DNA from: a bacterium
GTDB lineage: Bacteria; Patescibacteriota; Saccharimonadia; UBA4664
Direction of reading: 5' to 3'
NCBI GenBank assembly: GCA_016699105.1
Contig: CP064960.1
Span: 1,034,729-1,072,714, forward strand
Length of the DNA stretch: 37,986 bases
In this document: in pieces, positions 19,770 through 28,280 of the stretch
Layout of the letters: each line of letters begins with the position of its first letter
Position numbering within the stretch: position 1 is the first letter of the stretch
Program-made: the position numbers and the translations under genes
The notes under the pieces: model-generated
The model's input: the letters and a program-made list of their open reading frames with translations, nothing else
What the model was told of the DNA's origin: nothing
Database searches by the model: none

Positions 19770-20057
19770 AATCTTCTGGTTATAACAAAAATAGCAATTA
19801 GCTACTATCGACATTCGTCGGCTGCAATTTAGCGACATCTTCTGGGGTGTATCGAATTTTTCGACAATACTATACCCTGATTCGGTATGAATAACTTTCT
19901 CTATAACACCAGTTTCATGCCCAGTTGCCACTCCAAACCGATCCCGATGCCGATGGATTTGATCATACTGGTCGGAGCCTAATTGGTTACGCTGGGTGCA
20001 ATTTTCACCGGAACATTCACAATAAAATTGCAATGGTAAGTCAAAATCCGGAACCAC
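19767..20057 (-). CDS. small Cys-cluster protein (CxC-x5-C) of unknown function
   Basis: 96 aa with a GTG start; start uncertain because the AGGAG is only 2 nt away. FYCECSGENCTQRNQL...DRFGVATGHE...YSIVEKF matches a small conserved hypothetical family I know mostly from actinobacteria. Confidence 0.5.
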   Translation of the reverse strand: MVPDFDLPLQFYCECSGENCTQRNQLGSDQYDQIHRHRDRFGVATGHETGVIEKVIHTESGYSIVEKFDTPQKMSLNCSRRMSIVANCYFCYNQKI

Positions 20058-20193
20058 TACTCCTGGCCTTCGGCTTTGGCCATCATTTGGAGATCATGCA
20101 TCCCCTGTTGCACGCTTTCATTGCGCTTACGAAGATTACTTCATTTTCAGCCATGCGGCGTTTGGACGATGGATTGGCCATAGGAGTTGGAAG

Positions 20194-20952
20194 TTATTTT
20201 TTAAACGATTTGATAATGTCACTAATCTCGGCGGGCAGGACGACAAGAGTCTTCTGGGATGGTTCGACGGCAATTTTTTCCAGTGTCTGCAATGTACGAA
20301 TACTAATGCCGCCCGGAACCGCTGATAGCATTTGGGCAGCTTCGGCGACTTGCTGGGCGGCGGCTTTCTCACCTTCGGCACTGATGATGACAGCCCGGCG
20401 CTCGCGCTCGGCTTCGGCCTGCTTGGCCATGGCTCGCTTCATATCTTGGGGTAGTTCGATGTTTTGGACTTTGACGTTTTCAACATCTATGCCCCAGCGG
20501 TCGGTTTCGGCGTCGACGATAGCTTTGATCTGCTGACTAATTTCTTCGCGCTTACCAAGGAGACTATCAAGCTCGACACTTCCCACGACATCACGCAAGG
20601 CAGCTTGGGCAAATTGCGCCGTAGCATAACGGTAATCATTGGTTTCTAGCACTGCCTTGGATGCATCCAATACTCGAAAATAGACGACTGCATCAACACC
20701 AATGGTGACGTTGTCCTTGGTAATTACTTCTTGTTTGGGCACATCAACCGGCGTGGAACGCACATCTATTTTGCGCATGGTCTGAAAAATTGGCACAACG
20801 AGCCGTAGACCAGGCTCCTTCATACCGCTATATTTTCCGAGCGTGAGAATTACACCCCGCTCGTATTGATTAATTACGCGGATGCCAGACAAAAGAAACA
20901 CGACTGCCAGCACAATCAAGCCAGAGCCGCTAAACAGAAATTCCATTCTCAC
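20194..20952 (-). CDS. SPFH/band-7 (stomatin-like) membrane protein
   Basis: 252 aa and intact. It has an N-terminal TM helix, then INQYERGVILTLGKY, KDNVTIGVDAVVYFRV, and the AEAERERRAVIISAEGEKAAA coiled region. Confidence 0.85.
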   Translation of the reverse strand: MRMEFLFSGSGLIVLAVVFLLSGIRVINQYERGVILTLGKYSGMKEPGLRLVVPIFQTMRKIDVRSTPVDVPKQEVITKDNVTIGVDAVVYFRVLDASKAVLETNDYRYATAQFAQAALRDVVGSVELDSLLGKREEISQQIKAIVDAETDRWGIDVENVKVQNIELPQDMKRAMAKQAEAERERRAVIISAEGEKAAAQQVAEAAQMLSAVPGGISIRTLQTLEKIAVEPSQKTLVVLPAEISDIIKSFKK

Positions 20953-20983
20953 ATTCCTTTTTTTATAGTTGCAGTATACACCG

Positions 20984-21427
20984 CTACCGCATGAAATAAG
21001 CCAGACTCATGCAAAGTGTGATGGTGGCAATTTGAGTGTATACGCCGAAGAGATCATTGGTCTCGCGCTGTATGCGGCAGTGCCAGTCCCAGAACTGCTG
21101 AATGGGTCCGCGTCTGAGGCCGGGTACCAGAACAGTCAGTGTATCCAGATCGGGTGCATTGGCAGCGGCCGCCCCGAGCCAAATCATGACAGCTCGATCT
21201 GGGTACCAGCTAGCTACGAGCCCGACGAGCAGCCCAGCTAATGTCAGATCAAAAAAGATACGGATATATGTCCGGCGGGTGGGGATATACGGAGCCAAGG
21301 TTTCCTGCCAGTGAGGTATGTGATCGAGTACAAAATGACTGGCAACAGCGGCTGGCAGAGCTATCCAAGGGCTGGGCATGAGCGCAGCGATGGCGGCTCC
21401 AGTCACTGCGTGAGGAGTAGTTAACAT
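20984..21427 (-). CDS. YdjM/DUF457-like membrane-bound metal-dependent hydrolase
   Basis: 147 aa. His-rich blocks TPHAVTGAA and SHFVLDHIPHW are embedded in 4 hydrophobic helices. Confidence 0.5.
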   Translation of the reverse strand: MLTTPHAVTGAAIAALMPSPWIALPAAVASHFVLDHIPHWQETLAPYIPTRRTYIRIFFDLTLAGLLVGLVASWYPDRAVMIWLGAAAANAPDLDTLTVLVPGLRRGPIQQFWDWHCRIQRETNDLFGVYTQIATITLCMSLAYFMR

Positions 21428-21787
21428 AATTCTATTGTATACGGTTTATACCCGAATGACTTGTGCTGGAGAAGTTACCAGTTGAACGATCGGTAAGTCT
21501 AGAAGATTGATGTACATTGTAAAAACAGCGACGCTAAAAGGTTAGGTATGAGCAAACAAGATTTGTTGCAAAATTTGTCACAGAACGAGATGCGCTCGCA
21601 GAATTTGAAGCTATTTATCAAGTGAAGACAATCTAGACCATCTAGTCTACTCCACCTGGATTTGTTCGGGACTTGCTAGCGTTATTGGCTGCTTGCGTAG
21701 CGTTTGTCTGAAACGTGGAGGCAATGGCGCATGAGCGCAACCGGAGCCGCTTAAGGCCAATGAAGTTAAATTGAATGACAAAGTGTA

Positions 21788-22133
21788 TTAGATAATATTC
21801 CATCCACGCAATGCTTCCAGTAGTTTACCGCTACCAAGAATCAGGCCAACCGCTGATAGTTTCGCCCGCATCCGGATGTTAGATCCCACCGAATGCGCCC
21901 AACTGGAAGCACACCAGCCTTTTGCTTCATGTCAGCGTCGGATAATTTGAGGTACCACTGTTCGCTATTAAAGCAAGCTTTGAGGATGAGATGCAAAGCG
22001 CACAGAACGAATATCTGGTTTGTCGAAAACTGCGCACCGTAAACTCAATGGAAGAACCGTTGATTTTAGAGTCGATAACCTCCTGCTTCAAATTCCTTAT
22101 AACATAGATGCACCCCCCACTTCCGCCTCCCAA
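21788..22133 (-). pseudogene. divergent, frame-disrupted copy 4 of the NRMRAK-ending small gene family
   Basis: Minus-strand frames give ...NGSSIEFTV..., LCALHLILKACFNSEQWYLKLSDADMKQKAG and SNIRMRAK (core ttcgcccgcatccgg at 21861-21875). Block order matches the family (W.LK..SSE.., DLHAMLK..W..L..ADEQKPA.., NRMRAK). The similarity is weak. Confidence 0.35.
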
Positions 22134-22620
22134 GTCCCGCCACCCACGCCACCTGTCTCACCCGCCACCCACTGCTTGTTACCTCAGCCTTCCACGCTCC
22201 CGCCTTGTTCTGTCCCACCTTCAGCTCCACTATCCACCCAGCCTCTTCCTGCGCCCTCTGCCACCTTACCTTTTCCTTCCTGCCCTGCTTCCGCCTGCTC
22301 CTATGGACTGTTCACATTCTTCCTCAGTCTTCATTTTTTCCTTCACTCAAAACTCTTCAAAACTCCCATTCACCTTCTGTTCTTCCTGTTCTTCGCTACG
22401 CTGTCTCCTTTCTATGCTCACTCCAGCTCCTTCCTTCCCACCACCCGCTTCCCACCCACCCTACCATTCCTTGCTCACCTTCACCCCCTTCGCCTCCCAG
22501 TCCCTCATGCCCTGTCCCTGCCCAGCTGTCCTTCGCCCGCGCCCGCCCGTCCCGTTTACTGCTTCCTCGTTCCTTCTTCACACATTCACTTCCACTTCAT
22601 CCTATATTTCACCAGATAAC
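22108..22620 (+). repeat. ~500-bp polypyrimidine low-complexity tract (non-tandem)
   Basis: My hand count over 22111-22610 gives ~10% G, ~12% A and ~78% C+T. All three forward frames are open (track ORFs 22020..22619, 22108..22677, 22205..22639). There is almost no GG dinucleotide. C3 runs give G-quadruplex-type motifs on the minus strand at 22444-22461 and 22536-22553. Confidence 0.85.
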
Positions 22621-23340
22621 TTTCGCTGGTTATTTCTGAAACCCAACTATAATGATTTGATTGGAATACTTGTTTAAGAAACAGCCTCAGCTATCAAAGA
22701 GTTTCAGACACAAATTCCATATATCCCACCTTTAAAACCAAGATCATTTCAGTTAAACACAACAGCAGATTCTACTCCCAATTTCTTCAGGTCCAACTTA
22801 ATCACACTCTTTTATTTTAGAGCACAGCTTTGATGTTGTTAATCACATGACATTTTTAACTGGTTCTGACTTAAACCACTGTTGTCCTGTAATGGTCTTT
22901 AGATACTGCAGCCATCTGCACATTTAGCTTCACTGTGGAGTAAACATCAATACATTTTCCATTCCATCAACAGGTCAACAGTCAACAACGCTTGACGATA
23001 TGATTTCCGCAATTTGTTTATAATATTAATGATACTGGCAAAGATTTGTCGTTTTGTACTATTTTCAAATGTCAACTGACGATTTCGCCAATCCTGGTGA
23101 TGGTTTGATGGTCGGCAACTGCGTAATATTCATGGTCGTTTATCAACATCTGATCCGAATTATGAAACAGTCACACTTTTATGATTGGTTTCTGCGAACT
23201 CAACAAGACAATATTTGATTTAATTTGTTTTTACCCAAATGTGATATATTTCGGCAATTTGTAAGTTGAGTCCGCCATAGTTAAAACATTAATACCGCTA
23301 CCCCATATTATTCTGTTTAAACAGTATGAAACTAATTAAT
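22621..23340. other. AT-rich segment with no ORF of 60 aa or more in any frame, with short iteron-like repeats
   Basis: No track ORF lies here. The plus strand is G-poor. atttcCgcaatttgt (23003-23017) and atttcGgcaatttgt (23248-23262) are 14/15 identical, with a partial third copy at 23082-23092. gtcaaca occurs in tandem at 22974-22987, and gtcaac recurs at 23071. Confidence 0.6.
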
Positions 23341-24157
23341 TTATCACAACCAATGATACAAAGACGGAACGTCCGCTTCGACACGCGTGCCGCCGTCCAA
23401 AGAGCACAAGAATACGTGATCGATGCCCGCCCTTGCTGTACTTGGTTCACTCTTCAACATGTCACCCGGTGAATGCAGAGCGTGCATACAAAGATATGTC
23501 AGTTAACTGTGGTTTCACCACCGGTAAGTTGTATGCTTAGGTGGAACATGTTGGCTTGTTAAAACCCAAAAGAAACGCGCTTTCGATAACAGTAATCTCC
23601 GCCATCCAGCCCGCACCTCAGACCCTGTCACCATGTTCCAGACGCCGATATGTGGAATCCCATGTCGGCATGTCGCCACGCTGGTGTTTACGTCGGTGTT
23701 AGCGAACTGTTTCGGCATCGGGGCCGAAAAATTTCCGGGCGATCATCTCGAAGTGACCGAAGTCGTCTTCTGCCCTGACCTGAATGGCCAACGAATCGCC
23801 ACTCGAGCAGACCTTCAGCGATGGCTGCTTCGAATGCAGCCCGTGACTGTAAGCGTTTTCTCGGCCAAGCGTCCTTATCGGTCATGGTCTTGTAGCGACT
23901 GTCGAAGTCGGCAGCTACGATATTTCTCCTCAAGGGTTGAACGTGCGTGATGGATAAAAAGCCCGGTAGACTGACCTAATATACAGCAATTATGAATATT
24001 TATCGAAGATATTTGGTCGCCCTTGTTGACGGCTGGCGACTTATGGTGTTGCTGAATTTTCAAGAGAGGTAATGAGGTCCGAGACTGTGCAATCCTTATA
24101 GCTGTAAACTGGAGTGAGCGTATCCATGACATTGGCGGATCATCAATCACATCTGTC

Positions 24158-24397
24158 TTAGATACCTTTATGTTTGAGCCATTTTATGGCAACGTGCCGT
24201 TGTTGGGGCGTTAACGTGACCTGGCGATAAATCTGTGCCATATGCCACTGAATTGATGGCTGGGTATCACTAGTAAAGATCAGATGAAAATTTGTCGATA
24301 TAAGGTTTAGCCAAACGGGATGAACCCGGCAGATTTTCTCGAGGGCATCGGCTGCCCGCATCCGCACCTCAGGCATCTTCACTAAACAGGCAGTCAC
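24158..24397 (-). pseudogene. C-terminal fragment of a DNA-alkylation-repair (AlkD-like HEAT-repeat) protein
   Basis: VRMRAADALEKICRVHPVWL...QPSIQWHMAQIYRQVTLTPQQRHVAIKWL fits the C-terminal ~80 aa of that family. The expected ~150 N-terminal residues are absent, and a terminator lies at 24517-24543. Confidence 0.4.
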
Positions 24398-24516
24398 AGT
24401 TCCGATAGGCGTTGGTGCTCAGCCAAAACAGTATTAATGACGGCCGGCACTTCGCCGAGCGAGTTGGGCTTACCGCGCGAGAGCATTGATGCAAAAATTA
24501 CCCGTCATATAGCTAT

Positions 24517-24543
24517 TAAAACAAAAACTTCCGTTTGCGGAAG
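24517..24543 (-). terminator. probable rho-independent terminator (minus strand)
   Basis: The hairpin cttccg-tttg-cggaag is followed on the minus strand by TTTTTGTTTT. Confidence 0.4.
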
Positions 24544-25539
24544 CCTCATGAATAGTGGCGCAGTTGGACCTCGGCGCGGTGCCGAGGGTCCAACCCCTAC
24601 TGATTGTTCACTACGTTCAGTACGCGGGCGAGGTCTCGCTCAAGATTTCAAGCGGCACCGAGACCGGCACTGATGGGGTTGAGGCGACCGGCCCCACTTG
24701 ACGAGGTTGAATGCCACTGAGCCAGTCAATCGAACAGCGCTGTAGCTATCCACTTCCGGAGCTTTGCCCTCAGTGACCATGCCGTGCGCCTGTTCCTCGG
24801 TACATCGACAGCAGCGTTGCCACCAGCCAGATCGACGAGCTTGCCAGCAGTGGCGCACCCGACCACTCGAGTGCCATCCCAGACGGCAACACCTACTTCA
24901 GAGGGCTGGCTGACCCTGCGCGCCAGCCTGCTGCGACATTGCCACCGAAACGCGTGGGTACGCTGTAGCCGAAGGTGTTGGTCGGGAACATGACGGCAAT
25001 GGCGATGCTCAGGTGCATAGAGCACTCGCTTGTCTACCATTCTGGATCTGAATGACGGTACCCGGATGCCCGGCGGTGCGTGACTCCCAGATGGGCACAT
25101 TGCCAGGTGCTCGTAGGATTTGTGCACCGCTGTCACGCATGAATGCCACCGTGCCAGGATGATCACAGGTAGCGGTATCGCCGATGATCTTGCCATCGTT
25201 GTAGCGCAGCACCATATTGCCACTATCATCATCTTGAGCTGGTAGAGACCATTCTCGGAAGAGATGATGCGGCCCGGAAGGAGCTGGTCGCCCGGATCGA
25301 GCTGAAGCCCAAACTTTAAAGCCGCTGCGCCGGACTATTGACAGCGTGATTGTGACCAGAACAGACACAAATGCAGCTGCCAAAGTCTGGTGATTCTGCT
25401 GAGCCGTCTGTTCATGACACTCCTCGTGAATTGTCGGTGAACGAGCAGGACTTTTGCTACTATACAATGATAGATAATGCTTCTTTGTCCACACTTCAAT
25501 TTTCTGCATGCCTAGCCCTCAACAGCTACTTCAAACCCA

Positions 25540-25886
25540 CTCATAAGCCATTTTTTTTGTATATCAATGGTGAAACGAAGTCACTTTGGTTTACATGCTT
25601 CGGCTTACCGCCACTTTTGGTGTTGACTTCGTCAAAAAGGTCGAGCTGAATACACGAAAGAAAAACCAGACGTTTTCATCGCTATCGGTACCAGCCATAT
25701 CGGCAAAGGCCTGTGATTTTTCGTCGCCCATTTCTTGTTGTTTGAGGTCTTCGCCCCGGCATTCGTGCGCCATTGAAGGGCACCATGTTTCATCCACGAG
25801 TCGCGGCCATCTTCAGCCATTTTCTGGTAGTCAGCTTCTTTGCCTTTGGGCACTACGAGTACAAATCCATCTACATATTTAGCCAT
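25540..25886 (-). pseudogene. DUF1428-family protein, frame-disrupted (3' limit approximate)
   Basis: GGGAGAA RBS, then MAKYVDGFVLVVPKGKEADYQKMAEDGRDSWMKHGALQ. After that, ECRGEDLKQQEMGDEKSQAFADMAGTDSDENVWF and the tail are in other frames. Confidence 0.55.
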
Positions 25887-27113
25887 CTTAAGTTCTCCCA
25901 CCCATTAACAATAGTTACTAATTTAGTTTAGCACTATGCCGAAGTATCTGACTATTAGGATACAATGATGCATAAGATGAAGAAACGCATTTATACTTAT
26001 CGTTTATGTCCGAATTCACGTGATCTACCCGTTTTACGTCATTATGTTTGGCGATCATGGCATGTCGGCAGCTGGAAGTGCTGGCTTATTGCTAGCCGTC
26101 TGGATGATAGTAGCGGTATTGGCCGAAGTTCCCACCGAGTCATCGCCGACAAAATGTCAAAGAAATGGTCGCTTGTGCCGACGAGTCATGCAGCTAGTGA
26201 CCTTATGATCTGTTGTTCTTTCCAAATTTTAATGGTTACTGCTCGGATTTGTCATTTGGGGCAAAGTAAAGCCTTTATTTCCGGTGTTCCAGGTCGCCTT
26301 AATCGTTGGGCGATACTAGCAAAAATCATTTGGGCGAATTTACGCACGCACAGTGCTTTTACCATGGCAGCTGCAAAGCGCCAGTTTGGTGGCGTCGCGC
26401 TATTGAATTTACAATATACATTATTGTTTACACTAAGGTTCTCGTGAGCACTATCTCGCCGGAACACATTGAGCCTACCAGCCATGCATAGAAAGGTTGA
26501 TGTCGAAGCTGCCAGCTTCGCCACCATCTATTGCATTCAAACACCAGAAAGTGCCACGTTGCGACGAATACTCATTACGCCGTCATCGTGCAAGGCTTCC
26601 CGCGGGTATGCTGTGAATATTTGCCAGTCTATTAGCAACCAGGTAGGCACACCAACACAATGGGTGGCTTTACTTATCAGTTGGCAGTGTCACAGCCGTT
26701 GTCATGTACTGCGGATGCATCACTTGAAGAGCACATATCGCGGCACCAAATTTGTTTATTATCTTGGGATTTACGACTCTCTTTTGCGCTTAGTTTTCTT
26801 GGCGGCAACAAATTGGTTGCGATCGGTTTCTTTTACTCACGAGGATGCTACGGTATTAGCGGTACATAATGAAACCCAACCAGCATCAAGCGCTCAACGA
26901 GTCACGCGCCACACTCGGCTCATCTACTCGTTTGCCGGGCAAAGTACTGTCGGGCAATTCTTTTGAGTCGGCTTAGATTTTCCAGACGGAAAATTGTAAT
27001 TCCGATTCGCTGGCGGCATGTGATGATACCGATATTTTTATTAAGTTGGCTTGGTAATATTCGTCCGCCTGATCAGATTTGGTACGGGAATGTGAATACC
27101 AATCTCTTAGAAT

Positions 27114-27143
27114 AAAAAGCGCCCAAACTTGGGCGCTTTTTTT
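27114..27143. terminator. bidirectional rho-independent terminator
   Basis: AAAAA-agcgccca-aact-tgggcgct-TTTTTTT: a perfect 8-bp stem flanked by an A-tract and a T-tract. A plus-strand reading frame stops at 27113-27115 just before it. The minus-strand tRNA-like cluster ends at 27153 just after it. Confidence 0.8.
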
Positions 27144-27152
27144 GAATTATTC

Positions 27153-27227
27153 TGGTGCGGGTACAGGGATTCCAACTTCGGACCTCCTCCTTGGCAAGAG
27201 GCGCTCTAACAGCTGAGCCACACCCGC
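27153..27227 (-). pseudogene. decayed tRNA-Gly(GCC)-like sequence
   Basis: It is 75 nt. The acceptor gcgggug/uacccgc is intact, ACCA is present and the loop uugccaa is correct. The 5' anticodon stem has only 4 nt (cctc versus ggagg). The D loop lacks GG (agctgtta). The T stem cgaag/ccctg pairs at only 3 of 5 positions (one a G-U wobble), and the T loop is ttggaat. Confidence 0.6.
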
Positions 27228-27239
27228 GTAATGTAAACC

Positions 27240-27346
27240 GGTGGCGAGATTCTCGTCATGTCGCTTCGCGACCAGCGCACGGAATTTTTGCTTTTAAATT
27301 TAGCAAAATGCACGTTTGCTGCCGAACCGAGCGACGGTTCTCGTCC
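27240..27346 (-). other. tRNA-like fragment with a long AT-rich hairpin insert
   Basis: The 3' end ...gagaatctcgccacc and the 5' end gg(a)cgaga could form an acceptor stem. The centre holds a ttttgct/agcaaaa 7-bp hairpin. No canonical cloverleaf can be drawn. Confidence 0.3.
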
Positions 27347-27359
27347 GAAATGTAACAGA

Positions 27360-27437
27360 TGGTGGCGAGACTCGACTCGAAACTGAGGACATGAGGCTTC
27401 CCCAGGCCATTTCGTTTTACCAACTGAGCCAACTGCC
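27360..27437 (-). other. tRNA-like fragment (degenerate)
   Basis: ggcagttggctcagttggtaaaac... has a D-arm-like start, ...tttcgag... is T-loop-like, and the 3' end is tctcgccacca. The acceptor and T stems do not pair. Confidence 0.3.
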
Positions 27438-27545
27438 GGGCCGATGATCACCGAAAAGGTACTGCAGTATCGTACATTAAATAGCCGTCGGCAACGGATC
27501 GGCTTCAAGTGGTCGCATTGCAGCATTTGCTGCAATGGTTAGCCG

Positions 27546-27880
27546 CTACGGATCGGTTTGTGATTTGACGAGATAATCGTCACTCCAGCCGCTTGACTTT
27601 GTCGATAATTTCGGGATTGTCGACATTGGTTAGTACGATGATTTTGGCCTCTTGGCATGAGCGTCTTCGTAGATTAAAGGGTCTTGAGAAAATCGTATAT
27701 ATCACACCATGCCAGCTAGCATGAGATCAACCAAAATTATGTCAAAATCTATTTCGACTGCACATGGCCAGGCTTCACCGGCGCTGCCCACAATTTCGAC
27801 TTCAAATCCCGCTTTGCTAGACCATAGCCATACATACGCTGCATCTCCGGAGTATCTTCGATCAGCAATACTTTGGGCAT
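27546..27880 (-). pseudogene. single-domain response-regulator receiver (copy B), frame-disrupted
   Basis: ATG at 27880, then MPKVLLIEDTPEMQRMYGYGL. The blocks GFEVEIVGSAGEAW, DIILVDLMLAGM and AKIIVLTNVDNPEIIDKVKRLGVTDYLVKSQTDP* follow in other frames. Confidence 0.6.
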
Positions 27881-28272
27881 TAGGCGGCTCGGGACTTCGC
27901 CGGGGTGAGTGTAACCGGCGATACCTCCTTTCTTGACCATATCGGCCACCTGTTTGGGTTCATATTCACTTTGACGATATATTTGACGGCGCCTTTGGTC
28001 AGGGCGGTTTCCTATGTCTTGCTCACCAGCTAGGTTGGTGAGCATGATCACGGGCGGATTTGCGTCAGGATCGCTCTGAGCTTTTCCAACACTTGAAATC
28101 CGTTCATTTTAGGCATCGCCACATTTGTTAAATGACCGTTGGTTTTTCGGATTGGGCGAGGTCGAGCCTCTTTGGCCATCTTTGGCCATGACTACCCGTA
28201 CTGTTCAAACGTGAAGATCTTTTGCACATCCGGACATCAGCGGGTCGTCTTCGATGATAAGTACTTTACTTA
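27880..28272 (-). pseudogene. single-domain response-regulator receiver (copy A), frame-disrupted, start codon lost
   Basis: The blocks KVLIIEDDPLM, MPKMNGFQVLEKL, VIMLTNLAGEQDI and KYIVKSEYEPKQVADMVKK appear in changing frames. AAGGAG sits at 28277-28282 but no start codon follows it. The stop overlaps the next ATG (TAATG). Confidence 0.55.
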
Positions 28273-28280
28273 GTTTCTCC

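Noticed and set aside
22020-22677. Three long overlapping forward ORFs (199, 189 and 144 aa) encode Pro/Ser/Leu-rich proteins.
   Set aside because: Stop codons need purines, so any ~78% pyrimidine tract is open in all forward frames. There is no RBS or start context and no recognisable domain.
22621-23340. The AT-rich segment looked like a possible chromosomal oriC.
   Set aside because: There is no dnaA/dnaN nearby. I saw no TTATCCACA-type boxes. Gene orientation does not switch across it.
24352-24363. The string gcccgcatccg resembles the NRMRAK repeat core, suggesting a fifth repeat copy.
   Set aside because: It encodes VRMRAAD inside the AlkD-like fragment. The similarity is limited to ~11 nt, so it is coincidental.
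27516-27537. A 9-bp hairpin (cattgcagc-attt-gctgcaatg) after receiver copy B looked like a possible terminator.
   Set aside because: There is no U-tract on either strand. I keep it only as a stable hairpin.
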